Origin: Planctomycetota bacterium
GTDB taxonomy: Bacteria; Planctomycetota; SZUA-567; H5-PLA8
Direction: 5' to 3'
Length of the DNA stretch: 64,000 nt
Assembly: GCA_038227875.1 (NCBI GenBank)
Contig: JBBRPR010000012.1
Coordinates: 96,001 to 160,000 of the forward strand
The translations under genes and the position numbers were made by a program. Positions within the stretch are counted from its first letter, which is position 1; the number at the start of each line of letters is the position of its first letter. The notes beneath the pieces were generated by a model. It had not been told where the DNA came from, ran no database searches, and worked only from the letters and a program-made list of their open reading frames with translations. Shown here piece after piece: positions 31,987 through 41,357 of the stretch.

Positions 31987-33189
31987 ATGAGCTCAAGGAT
32001 TCACACAATGAATAGCCGGATCGTCGCTGCGTTATGCGTGGCGCTGTTTCTCGCCAGCGGCCTGCGTGCGGCGGACATCAACGTCACCGTTGTGAGCGTG
32101 GAGGGCGAAGAGAAGGCGGCGGTGCTGCAGGGCATCGCAGAGGGCGGCTTCAAGCTCGCTTCCGGTGTCGTCGCGGCCAAGGATGTCGCGGAGATCCGCT
32201 TCGCGGCGACGTCGGGCGCGGACAGCGCGAAGCCAACTCTTTTTCTGCGCAACGGCGATCAACTGCGTGTTGCGGTGCTCACGGGAAATGACGCGAGCGT
32301 GAAAGTGAAGAGCGAAGCGCTGGGCGAATTGACGGTCGACAACAAGTTTGTCGACGGCTTTATCTTTCCGCAGAAGGATGCGCTTTCCACTGACACGATC
32401 GACGGATTTCTGAAATCGCCGCTGACCGAAGATTTGCTGCTGATGCCCAAGGGCGAAATCACCAAGGGAGCGTACGAAAAGCTGACCGAGAAGGATTTGA
32501 ATTTCAACGTCGAGAAACAGTCGAAGACGTACACGTTCGATCAGGTTGCCGGTCTGCGGCTGGTGCCGCTGGATGAATACAAAGCGCCGTCGGATCTGCG
32601 CGCGACGATCAACCTCGCGGAAGGTTCGCGGCTGACCGGCAAGCTGCAGAGCTTGGACGCCGGTGTGCTGGCGTTTGAGGGCATCGACGGCAAGCCGTGG
32701 AAAGTTCCGGCCGCGGCGATTAAAAGCATCGCGTTCAAGGGCGGCAATCTCGCGTACGTGTCGGACCTGACGCCGAAAGCCATCGAAGAGAAACCCTATG
32801 TCGGTGGCGTGCCGCTGCTCTACCACTGGCGGCGCGATCAGTCGGTGGCCGGCCGGCCGCTCTCAATCGGCGGCAAGACGTTCGACAAGGGCGTTGGCGT
32901 CCACAGCTACACCAAACTGACCTACGAACTTGGTGGCCAGTACGCAAAGTTCCTCGCTTCGGTCGGCATCGATTCGAGCGCACCACAGACGGGATTCTGC
33001 GCGTGGAAAGTGTCCGTCGATGGCAAGGAAGCGGCCGCCGGCGTCTGCAAAGCCAACGAAGCCGCGAAGCTCGTCAAGCTGGACGTGAAAGACGCGAAGG
33101 AATTGGAACTGGTCTGCGATTACGGCCCCGATGAAGACGACGCCGGCGATCACCTCGATTGGGGTAACGCGCGGCTGATCAAGCCGTGA
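31987..33189 (+). CDS. Secreted protein with C-terminal NPCBM/NEW2 domain
   Basis: Signal peptide; GKTFDKGVGVHS..LTYELGG..FLASVGID..GDHLDWGNARL. Confidence 0.85.
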   Translation: MSSRIHTMNSRIVAALCVALFLASGLRAADINVTVVSVEGEEKAAVLQGIAEGGFKLASGVVAAKDVAEIRFAATSGADSAKPTLFLRNGDQLRVAVLTGNDASVKVKSEALGELTVDNKFVDGFIFPQKDALSTDTIDGFLKSPLTEDLLLMPKGEITKGAYEKLTEKDLNFNVEKQSKTYTFDQVAGLRLVPLDEYKAPSDLRATINLAEGSRLTGKLQSLDAGVLAFEGIDGKPWKVPAAAIKSIAFKGGNLAYVSDLTPKAIEEKPYVGGVPLLYHWRRDQSVAGRPLSIGGKTFDKGVGVHSYTKLTYELGGQYAKFLASVGIDSSAPQTGFCAWKVSVDGKEAAAGVCKANEAAKLVKLDVKDAKELELVCDYGPDEDDAGDHLDWGNARLIKP

Positions 33190-34181
33190 CCGACCTGAAG
33201 CACACCCTCGTCATCCGCCCCGGCGCGCTGGGCGACTCCGTGCTCACGCTGCCGGCGCTCCACGCCTTGCGGCTGGCCGGCGCGGAAAATCTGCTGGTAC
33301 TCGGCACGCCGGCGAGCTGGGGTTTCGTCCGCCAGGACCACAACGGCCTGCGCGTCCGCGATTTTGCCTCGAGCGAGTGGCTGGGCCTGTTTTCGGAGAG
33401 CGCGCTGTTCGGCGAATGCGCCCGCGCCGCGCTGAGCAAGATTCATTCGGCCATCGTGTATCTGTCCGGCGACACCACTTCCGCCGAGCGCGCGCTCAAA
33501 GCGCATGGCGTCCAGAACGTGATCACGATTCCGCCGCCGCTGGCGGCTGGACACGAGAACGCGCCGCATGCGTCGCGGCAATTGACGAATGGATTGTCGC
33601 CCTGGATTTCGGCGGAGAGCATCGAGCAGTGTCACGCAGTTCACGACGCCGCGCACGATTGCTTCCTCATACTCGATGAGATGGAGAAGCACCGCGCGAT
33701 GTACGGCATCGGCCTGGATGCCGCTCCCGCTGGCGGATTCGTGGCGATGCATCCCGGAAGCGGCGGGATGAAAAAATGCTGGTCGCCGCAGCGCTTCGCG
33801 CGCATGGCCGTCGAACTGTCCTGCCATGATGGCGTCGTACCGCTGGTATTTTTCGGACCGGCTGATGAGTCGACGCGCGACGCCTTCGAAGCCGCGATGC
33901 CGCCGGGCGTCGAGTGGCAGCCCGTCGAATCGCGGCCGTTGCGGGAAGTGCTGGCGCTGCTGAGCCTCTCTCGGGGCTTCATCGGCAACGATTCCGGCGT
34001 AAGCCACCTCGCCGCGCGCGTCTGTCCAACGCTGACGATTTTCGGCCCAAGCAACCGCGACGTCTGGAGTCCAATCGGCGCGCGCGTGAGGATCGTGCAG
34101 GCACCCGACGGCCGCCTGGACAGTTTGAGCGTCGACGCCGTGCAGGAAGCGTGGGCGGAGCTCGCCGCGCTGAACGCGTAG
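33186..34181 (+). CDS. Glycosyltransferase family 9 (heptosyltransferase-like)
   Basis: IRPGALGDSVLTLP, MHPGSGG..KCW, FIGNDSGVSHLAA, IFGPS..WSP. Confidence 0.9.
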   Translation: MTDLKHTLVIRPGALGDSVLTLPALHALRLAGAENLLVLGTPASWGFVRQDHNGLRVRDFASSEWLGLFSESALFGECARAALSKIHSAIVYLSGDTTSAERALKAHGVQNVITIPPPLAAGHENAPHASRQLTNGLSPWISAESIEQCHAVHDAAHDCFLILDEMEKHRAMYGIGLDAAPAGGFVAMHPGSGGMKKCWSPQRFARMAVELSCHDGVVPLVFFGPADESTRDAFEAAMPPGVEWQPVESRPLREVLALLSLSRGFIGNDSGVSHLAARVCPTLTIFGPSNRDVWSPIGARVRIVQAPDGRLDSLSVDAVQEAWAELAALNA

Positions 34182-34188
34182 CGCGCCG

Positions 34189-34354
34189 TTTGTAGTCCGG
34201 GCGGCTCGCCCGGAATCACAGATTCAGTGACAAAAACTGAATTCGTTCGATGGACGTTGTCGCTCGCGAAGCCACTCATTTTGCTATCGCGATAGATGGC
34301 GAAATGGTTTTTGACTCTCGTTAATTTCTCCGGGCGGGCCGACCGGACTACAAA
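34189..34354. repeat. REPIN-like pair of inverted REP hairpins
   Basis: TTTGTAGTCCGGGCGGCTCGCCCGGA (34189-34214) and inverted copy (34329-34354, 2 mismatches); each has an internal hairpin and GTAG foot. Confidence 0.8.
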
Positions 34355-34398
34355 GGCCACGTCTTCCCAGCACCATTCAAAACAACTATACTGCGTCC

Positions 34399-36726
34399 GT
34401 GAACACAGTTGAAGATTCCGCCAGTACGCATCCGCATCCCGACTACCCTTTCTTGCGCGGGCTGGTCTGCCTGTCGTTCGTGAGCGTGGTGATCGGCTGC
34501 CTCGTCGGCGCGGAGTCGAACACAGGCCGCTGGATCGTGTTGATTTCGCTGGGCGCGGGAGTTCTCGCGACGCTCGCGCATCTGCTGGAAATGCTGACGC
34601 GCCGGCTGCGTACGCGGACGGCGGAGTTCCTCGGCCTGCTCGCCGCGTTTTCGATTCTCCTGGTTCTCTTTTCGAATTCCGGAGCGCTTTTCGGCGGCGT
34701 TCCGGCGGAGGGCGCGGCGCGTTCGCACACGATTGTTCCGCTCGCGGCGACGCTGTTGGTGTTGCTACTCCGCGCGACGGTACTGGCGCGCTGCTCGGCA
34801 CCGTTTCTGCCGCTCGGACTGGCGCGCACGATCACGCTCAAAGGACGCGGCGTGTTGTTGAAGGACGAGATCGTCGTTCCGCCACGCTGGATCTACGCGC
34901 TCTACTGGTTCTCGCCGGTCGGCTGGTGGCTGCTGGGCACGCTGCTGATCGTGAGCCACACGCTCGCCGTGGAATCGTGGCTGATGCTGGCGGCGATCGG
35001 CGTTCTCGCCTGCGCGCTGGCCGTGCGCACGCTGCTGGGTCTGGCGGCGTGGATCAAGGCCTACAAAGCGTGGCGCGAAGCGAAGTCCGGCGACGACCAC
35101 GCGCTCGCGCGGGAGGCGCGGTGGAATTTGGGATTCAATGGATTGACGTTGGGCGGGTTGGTGGTGTTTTATGCGTTCGCGGTGGCGGGGAATCGATTTT
35201 TAGATGAGGCGATGGATAAATTGGAGGATTCGAGATTCGAGCAGGTTGTTATGGAGCTTGTCCGCCTCAACCCACCACCCAAATTAACGGGGCTATCACC
35301 AGGACATCTTTATAGCCAGGCAATTCCTTATGACCCCAAACCAGGAAACGAACATATCTTTGATCGAGCATGGGCGACCCCCGGCGCTGCCATTCACAAT
35401 CGATGGTGCAGCGGTGTGCTAAGGAACTTGCCGAGTGATAGTTCCGGACCTACAGAATATTTTGCAACACCTGATTATGGTCTTCCTTACAGCGAAGATT
35501 ACAGGCAAACAGTTGCCAGTGATCTGATCCTGCTAGAGCGTTTTGCCGCAGAAGTTGGAAACTGGGACGGAATGACTAAGGACACGCGTGTGGCGCTGAC
35601 AATGGCTCGCCATACGCGTGAATGTCCTTTGCTTCATCGGTGGGAACTTGGATGCGCGATTGCTCATCAATCCTTGATGGGCTTGGTGGCGACCATCTTC
35701 TGGACCGAAAATTTTTCTCCACCTGATACGACACTTGAAATTGCGCAAAAAATAATTCGAGAGCACTTGGAAGATCGCGGATGTTCCTTGATCTGGCATG
35801 CCCAAGTGAACGCACTGCAACGTCTGGAATCAATGCACTGGTCGCGAATATTACGGGATAAGCCAAGCGGAGATCTCTCGTTTTCAGAATTGATTAAGTG
35901 CCGGCCGATTTCGACCTGGCGTAAACAAAATAATTTTTACCGGTTCACACACGAAGTACTTCCTGACTACGAACACGGCTATCTCGAAGTCCAACGTTAC
36001 GACCTGCTCGAACGCGCGCGCAAGTTTGGGGATTGCGATGCGTATTGCGATATTCCGCAGGAGCTCCCGGAGTACGTCGATCTCGAACTGAAAACGATCT
36101 GCGAATTCCGCATGACCGACGCGGCTATTGCCGTCGCGCGGTACAAGAATAAGTATCATTACTGGCCGCAGACGCTCCAGGATTGCGTGCCGGAATTTCT
36201 GCCGCTCGTGCCGGCGGATCCGTTCAATCCGAAAGATACTCTGAAGTTCGCGGTGGAACCGGCGCGCATCTACAGCCTCGGGCATGCGACGGGGTATCAT
36301 CCGGAAAATCACGGCGGCTATCCGTTCACTTCGCGCGTGTTGATGAACGACGTCTTTGAGCGCGACAATCTCGTGCTGTTTCTCGGCAACCCCGGCGTTT
36401 TCCGCGCGCTGCCGGATGGTGCGCCGGAACTGCCGGGCGTCGACATTCCCGGTGAGATTGCCAATCTCAAGAGTGCCGTCGTCGAAGACCGCCGCGCGGC
36501 GTTGCGGCGCTTGTCGCGCGTCGGCGCGAAGGCCGCGCCGGGCGTCGACGCGCTACTTCCGCTGCTCACCGACGCGGATGTCGAGCAGCGGATGTACGCG
36601 GCGTACATTCTTGGGCGCTGCGGCGTGAAGTCGGACGCGGTGCTCTCGGCGCTCCGCGCGGCGCGGCTGGACGCGGAAGCGGACGTGCGGTTTTTTGCAA
36701 GACAGGCGCTGCGTAAGCTGGAGTAG
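34399..36726 (+). CDS. Membrane protein with pseudopilin-like motif and C-terminal HEAT repeats
   Basis: N-terminal TM helices; AIAVARYKNKYHYWPQTLQDCVPEFLPLVPADPF; HEAT repeats at the C-terminus; start uncertain. Confidence 0.7.
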   Translation: MNTVEDSASTHPHPDYPFLRGLVCLSFVSVVIGCLVGAESNTGRWIVLISLGAGVLATLAHLLEMLTRRLRTRTAEFLGLLAAFSILLVLFSNSGALFGGVPAEGAARSHTIVPLAATLLVLLLRATVLARCSAPFLPLGLARTITLKGRGVLLKDEIVVPPRWIYALYWFSPVGWWLLGTLLIVSHTLAVESWLMLAAIGVLACALAVRTLLGLAAWIKAYKAWREAKSGDDHALAREARWNLGFNGLTLGGLVVFYAFAVAGNRFLDEAMDKLEDSRFEQVVMELVRLNPPPKLTGLSPGHLYSQAIPYDPKPGNEHIFDRAWATPGAAIHNRWCSGVLRNLPSDSSGPTEYFATPDYGLPYSEDYRQTVASDLILLERFAAEVGNWDGMTKDTRVALTMARHTRECPLLHRWELGCAIAHQSLMGLVATIFWTENFSPPDTTLEIAQKIIREHLEDRGCSLIWHAQVNALQRLESMHWSRILRDKPSGDLSFSELIKCRPISTWRKQNNFYRFTHEVLPDYEHGYLEVQRYDLLERARKFGDCDAYCDIPQELPEYVDLELKTICEFRMTDAAIAVARYKNKYHYWPQTLQDCVPEFLPLVPADPFNPKDTLKFAVEPARIYSLGHATGYHPENHGGYPFTSRVLMNDVFERDNLVLFLGNPGVFRALPDGAPELPGVDIPGEIANLKSAVVEDRRAALRRLSRVGAKAAPGVDALLPLLTDADVEQRMYAAYILGRCGVKSDAVLSALRAARLDAEADVRFFARQALRKLE

Positions 36727-36730
36727 TTTA

Positions 36731-36844
36731 GTGGTCCGGGCGTCCCGCCCGGTCAGCGAAGGACTCGCACGTCTTTCAAGATTAGTATGGTCGGGATGAA
36801 GGATTGCACATTTCCAAGATGACCGGGCGGGACGCCCGGACCAC
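36731..36844. repeat. REPIN-like pair of inverted REP hairpins
   Basis: GTGGTCCGGGCGTCCCGCCCGGTCA (36731-36755) and perfect reverse complement (36820-36844). Confidence 0.85.
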
Positions 36845-36891
36845 GAAAACGCCTCGCAAAAAACGGCGCGGGAAATCATAATCGAAAAGCG

Positions 36892-38409
36892 ATGAAAGAC
36901 TTTTACTTCAGCTCTGCCGTCAATCCGCTGGCCGCGCGCCGGTCGCTCATTTCGCTCCAGGGGCATCGCGTGCCGCTGCCGGGCGCGTCGTCGTACGAGC
37001 CGATGCTGCGCGGCTGCAATCAGGTCGAGTGGCTCGAGCAACTCGTCCGTATGGGACTGCGCCACCTGATCGTGCCGCTCAACGGACCAGAAGAGGACAC
37101 CTGCCTCTTCGCGCGCCGGCATCCCGGCTGGGCCATTCGGTCCGGCGAGAGCACGATCATGCCGAAGATCGAAATTCCCGATGCGACTGGGCCGACTGCC
37201 GCGCCCGCCGCAACAGTCGATCCGGCAGCGCCAAAACCTGTCGCTCGTCCGGCGAAGAAAAAGGCCACGACGGAAGTGCTCTACGATCTGCAGCACCGCG
37301 ACGAGGGCGCGTTCACGCGCATCCAGTTCCTGCTCAGCGCGGCGCAGAGCGCCGGGGTGATGGTCGGCTTTACCCTCTTCAACGTCTGGCCGGCGAACAA
37401 TCCAGGTCCGCTCCACCGCGGCGCAAATGTGCAGGGCATCGCGCTCGAGGATCTGCTCCGCCCGCAGAAAAAGCAACAGGCGGCCGATCAGCTCGCGGCG
37501 CTGGAAGCGGCGATGGCGCCGTGCATCGACTGGATCGCGGCGGAGATCCGCGGCCGCGCGGCGGTCTGGGTGCAAGCCTTCCGCGGACTGCCCGATATCG
37601 ATCCGACGCCCGAGGAAAGTTTCGAGCCCCTGCGGCAGATCGAATTCAATCTCACGAAGAAACTGGCGACCGGATTGACGCGTCCTGCCGAAGACGCCGC
37701 GAAAGCGCGCTCCGGGCCGTGGGTAGTCACCCGCGCGGATTTCAACTGGAGCGGCATGGACACCGCGCACCGCGCGCCGTTCGATATGTGTCGCGAATTG
37801 CTCGTCGACAATCAGAACGTGGGGCGCGTCTGCAGCGCCGACGACTTTTTACTTCCTGAATCGCCGCTGATTGAACTACCAGCAATTGAGCAGCGGCGGC
37901 CGGCGTTGTGCAGTTACGTCATGTCGGATCGCGACGAGTACAAATCGATGCGCCGGTTTGCGCAGTCGCGGTTGTGGCGTTCGGCAGTGAGCGGGAAGTG
38001 GCCGATCGTGCCCGGCGGATTTGAGAAGGGGAACAAGCGCCATTGGTTTTTCAGCGCGAAGATGGCGGAATTTTTCAAGCAGTGGGCAGGGAAGGGGTAC
38101 TTCCGCCCCGCGCCGGAAATTCTTGAAGCGGCGACGACGCGCAACCGTATGACGCCGGCGGCGGGTACCGACGGCTGCGGACGCTACTTCGTGTTTTTCG
38201 AAGAGACTCCGAAGCGCGGCGTCGAAGTTTCAATTCCGCCCGGCTGCTACCGCTTTTACTGGCTCGACCCCACCAACGGCCGCGCGATGGATATCGGCGA
38301 AGGGCTTCCCGGCGGCCCGCACTGCCGCGTGCCGGAAGTCGCGACGGAAATGCCGGCACTGCTGGTCGTCGAGCAGGAAGAACTGCCGGACCCCTTGTCC
38401 GTCTGGTAA
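36892..38409 (+). CDS. Hypothetical protein, possible degenerate glycoside-hydrolase-like barrel with C-terminal beta-sandwich
   Basis: Long ORF with host-like codon use; C-terminal YRFYWLDPTNG resembles collagen-binding-like domains appended to GH-type proteins. Confidence 0.6.
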   Translation: MKDFYFSSAVNPLAARRSLISLQGHRVPLPGASSYEPMLRGCNQVEWLEQLVRMGLRHLIVPLNGPEEDTCLFARRHPGWAIRSGESTIMPKIEIPDATGPTAAPAATVDPAAPKPVARPAKKKATTEVLYDLQHRDEGAFTRIQFLLSAAQSAGVMVGFTLFNVWPANNPGPLHRGANVQGIALEDLLRPQKKQQAADQLAALEAAMAPCIDWIAAEIRGRAAVWVQAFRGLPDIDPTPEESFEPLRQIEFNLTKKLATGLTRPAEDAAKARSGPWVVTRADFNWSGMDTAHRAPFDMCRELLVDNQNVGRVCSADDFLLPESPLIELPAIEQRRPALCSYVMSDRDEYKSMRRFAQSRLWRSAVSGKWPIVPGGFEKGNKRHWFFSAKMAEFFKQWAGKGYFRPAPEILEAATTRNRMTPAAGTDGCGRYFVFFEETPKRGVEVSIPPGCYRFYWLDPTNGRAMDIGEGLPGGPHCRVPEVATEMPALLVVEQEELPDPLSVW

Positions 38410-38469
38410 CCCTGTAACGAATTCGTGACAGGGTGACTACTTTTAACCAGGTATTAATTTAATACCGGT
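38406..38469. repeat. Two-palindrome mini-array between convergent genes, related to the 508-805 element
   Basis: ACCCTGTAACGAATTCGTGACAGGGT (38409-38434) shares ACCCTGT/ACAGGGT arms with 684-709; second palindrome GGTATTAATTTAATACC (38450-38466). Confidence 0.75.
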
Positions 38470-39284
38470 CAGCTTCCCGTCGAACGGTAATGCCGCACGC
38501 CGAGCTTCCAAATCTGCAGCGCGACAATCAGGAAGATCACGCCGATCAGCGGAGATGCGGCTTGGAAGGCGACGCTGGTGCCGAGTTCTTCGTGACGTTC
38601 CAGAATTACGTGCGCAGGGAAATAGTTGATGCAGGCCAGCGGCACGACGTACGTAAAAATCGCGCGGAACCACGGTTGATAAAACGTCAGCGGAAATTGC
38701 GTGGTCTCGACGCCGCCGTAAGTGACAGTGTTGAAAAGCTCCAAGGATTCCGTCGTCCAGAACGAGACAGTGGCGTAGAGCACAAACAATCCCGTGAAGA
38801 GGCAGACGCCGCCGAAAATCGCCGCGAGCAGCAGCAGAATTTTGGCGGCGCTCCACGCGATGCTCAGGTTCGCAATCGACCAGATAAGCACGAGCAGTCC
38901 CTGCGCGAGTTTGCCGACGCGCATGAGTTGAAATTCGAGACCGAAAATCTGCAGGATCGTGCTGCGGGGCCGCAGGAGCAGCGTGTCGAATTGGCCGCCC
39001 TTGACCATCGGCGGAAAAATGTCGAAGCCGCGGCCGAACATCTCGGCGATGGCGAAGGCCGTGTTGACGATGCCATAAAATAAGCCCACCTCAGCGAGCG
39101 TCCAGCCGCGCACATTTCCAAAGCGATTAAAGAGCGCCCAGATGCTGACGAAGGTGATGACGTTGAGCAAGAAATGCCCGAGCGTGGTCATCGCGAACGA
39201 GGCGCGGTACTGCAGCTGGCTGCGGATCGAGACGCCGGCGTAGCGAAAATAGAGTTTCAGTGCGTTTAGCATGTATTCAGCCAC
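38469..39284 (-). CDS. ABC-2 type transporter permease (DUF990-like)
   Basis: QLQYRASF, GQFDTLLLRP, FPLTFY, GVRHYRSTGS. Confidence 0.88.
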   Translation of the reverse strand: MAEYMLNALKLYFRYAGVSIRSQLQYRASFAMTTLGHFLLNVITFVSIWALFNRFGNVRGWTLAEVGLFYGIVNTAFAIAEMFGRGFDIFPPMVKGGQFDTLLLRPRSTILQIFGLEFQLMRVGKLAQGLLVLIWSIANLSIAWSAAKILLLLAAIFGGVCLFTGLFVLYATVSFWTTESLELFNTVTYGGVETTQFPLTFYQPWFRAIFTYVVPLACINYFPAHVILERHEELGTSVAFQAASPLIGVIFLIVALQIWKLGVRHYRSTGS

Positions 39285-40071
39285 CTTGGATGGTCAGTTT
39301 TCGTGTGCCGAGCGCCAGCAGCCAGCGACTGAGCAGAATCAGCGCGGCGGTCCAGAGCAACTGGTGCCCGATCGCGCCGGCGAATTCGTTCAGCGGAATA
39401 TTTCCCGTGTAGATGCGGAAGGGAATGTCGAGCAGTCCGCGGAAAGGCAGGAAGTTGATCAGCGACTGCATCCACTCCGGGAAGAGCGGCAGAGGCAGCA
39501 TGATGCCGCTGAAAATCCAGACGCACGGCCCGGTCAGATCGGTGATGCCGCGCCCGGAGACCGTCCAGAGCGTGGTGATCAGCACGAACGTCGAAATGGC
39601 GCAGCTGAGCAGCAGCGCGCTGAACATCGAGAGGATCCAGCCAGCGGCGGCGGCCAGCGAGGCCGGAAATTGAAGTCCGAAAAATAATCCGGCCACGATC
39701 ACCAGCGGAACTGAGCGCAGCAGCGTCGGCGCGGTGCGGCTGGCAACGGAGCGTGCGAACCAGAGCGAGTAGAGGTCCAGCGGCCGCGCCAGTTCGTAGC
39801 CGACGGAGCCGTCGCGGACCATGTTGCGCACTTCGGCGTCCTGCCACATCGGCAGCAGCATCAGCGTCGCCTGGCCCAGCCAGATGTAGCTGACGACCTG
39901 CGGCCAGCTCATCGGCGCTGACTTGGCGCTGGGCATCGCGTAGAATGCGCCGAAGATCATCAGGCGGATGAGTCCCCAGAAAACCTGCGTGCCCAGTCCG
40001 GCCAGCGCGGCGGCGCGGTATTGCAGAAGCATGCGAAATCGCGCGCTGATGATGGCGAGATATGCTTTCAC
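39277..40071 (-). CDS. ABC-2 type transporter permease
   Basis: LQYRAAAL, VRDGSVGYELARP, FSGIMLPLPLFPEW, LTIQGG. Confidence 0.88.
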   Translation of the reverse strand: MKAYLAIISARFRMLLQYRAAALAGLGTQVFWGLIRLMIFGAFYAMPSAKSAPMSWPQVVSYIWLGQATLMLLPMWQDAEVRNMVRDGSVGYELARPLDLYSLWFARSVASRTAPTLLRSVPLVIVAGLFFGLQFPASLAAAAGWILSMFSALLLSCAISTFVLITTLWTVSGRGITDLTGPCVWIFSGIMLPLPLFPEWMQSLINFLPFRGLLDIPFRIYTGNIPLNEFAGAIGHQLLWTAALILLSRWLLALGTRKLTIQGG

Positions 40072-41060
40072 GCGCGCGCCTCCGTGTAGTAACGCGCGAT
40101 GATTTCTTCGATCGGTGGATTCTGCACGAACAGGTCGCGCACCGGATAGGCGGCGGCGAGGCGGCCGATCAAGGCCGCGGGCGAAACTTGCGCCGGGTCA
40201 AAGCGCAGGCAGACGCGCGCGCCCTCGCGGCGGATCACGGTGGCCTGCGGGTCCTGAATCTGCGCGCCTTCGTTTTCAAGATCGATGATCAGCCAGCGTT
40301 CGGTGGTGACGTTGGCGCGGAGCTGCGCGAGGCCGCCGTCGGAGAGGATGCGGCCATGATTGATCACGATCACTCGGGAGCAGAGTGCTTCGATGTCGTC
40401 CATGTCGTGCGTGGTGAGAATGACGGTGACGCCGCGCTTGCGGTTGAGTTCCTTGATGAAATCCCGCACCGCGAGTTTGGCGGGCGCGTCGAGGCCGATC
40501 GTGGGTTCATCGAGGAAGAGCAGTTCGGGCGCGTGCAACAACGCCGCGGCCAGTTCGCAGCGCATGCGCTGTCCCAGGCTGAGCTGGCGCACGGGCGTGT
40601 CGAGAATTTTATCGAGCGAGAGCAGCGCAATCAGCTCGTCGCGCGATTTTGCGTAATCGCTTTCCTTTACTTTGTAGATGTCGCGGAGCAGCTCGAAGGA
40701 TTCGATGACGGGCAAGTCCCACCACAACTGGCTGCGCTGGCCGAAGACGACGCCGATCTGGCGGACGTGCGCGATGCGGCTTTGCCAGGGAACGCGCCCG
40801 GAGATTTCACAGCGCCCGGAATCGGGAACGAGAATGCCGGCGAGGATTTTGATGGTGGTCGATTTGCCTGCTCCGTTGGGGCCAACGTAGCCGACGATTT
40901 CTCCGGCATTGAGCGAAAAACTGATCGCGTCCAGTGCGTTGACGGTGCGATGCCGCCGCCGGATCAGTCCGCGCACGGCGCCCCAGATTCCCGGATCGCG
41001 TTCGGCGACCTGAAACGTCTTGGTCAAATTTTCGACGATGATGTGCGGCGAAGTGGGCAT
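40068..41060 (-). CDS. ABC transporter ATP-binding protein
   Basis: GPNGAGKST, VFGQRSQLWWDLP, LSLGQRMR, LFLDEPTIGLD, LTTHDM. Confidence 0.95.
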   Translation of the reverse strand: MPTSPHIIVENLTKTFQVAERDPGIWGAVRGLIRRRHRTVNALDAISFSLNAGEIVGYVGPNGAGKSTTIKILAGILVPDSGRCEISGRVPWQSRIAHVRQIGVVFGQRSQLWWDLPVIESFELLRDIYKVKESDYAKSRDELIALLSLDKILDTPVRQLSLGQRMRCELAAALLHAPELLFLDEPTIGLDAPAKLAVRDFIKELNRKRGVTVILTTHDMDDIEALCSRVIVINHGRILSDGGLAQLRANVTTERWLIIDLENEGAQIQDPQATVIRREGARVCLRFDPAQVSPAALIGRLAAAYPVRDLFVQNPPIEEIIARYYTEARA

Positions 41061-41357
41061 CGCGATAGTCCTCGGTTATTTTTGAGACGAAGGGGATGAA
41101 AGATACCACATGGATTCTCGCGGCTCGCATCGCCGCCGGATTTTTCTTTTGGGGGACCTTTTGGACTGTAGTTCATAAGTAAAAACTACAACAATCACTG
41201 CACTGATGTGCAAAATAAATCGCTTGTTGCACTAGGTGCGTCTTGGCGGAAGGGACTTCCGTATGGTTTTCTGCGGCGAGGATGATAAGATGGTGATGTC
41301 AGAAGTGTTGCCATCGCTTCATTTGGTGATTCAGCTTGCACAAAGGGCTCGGCGCGC

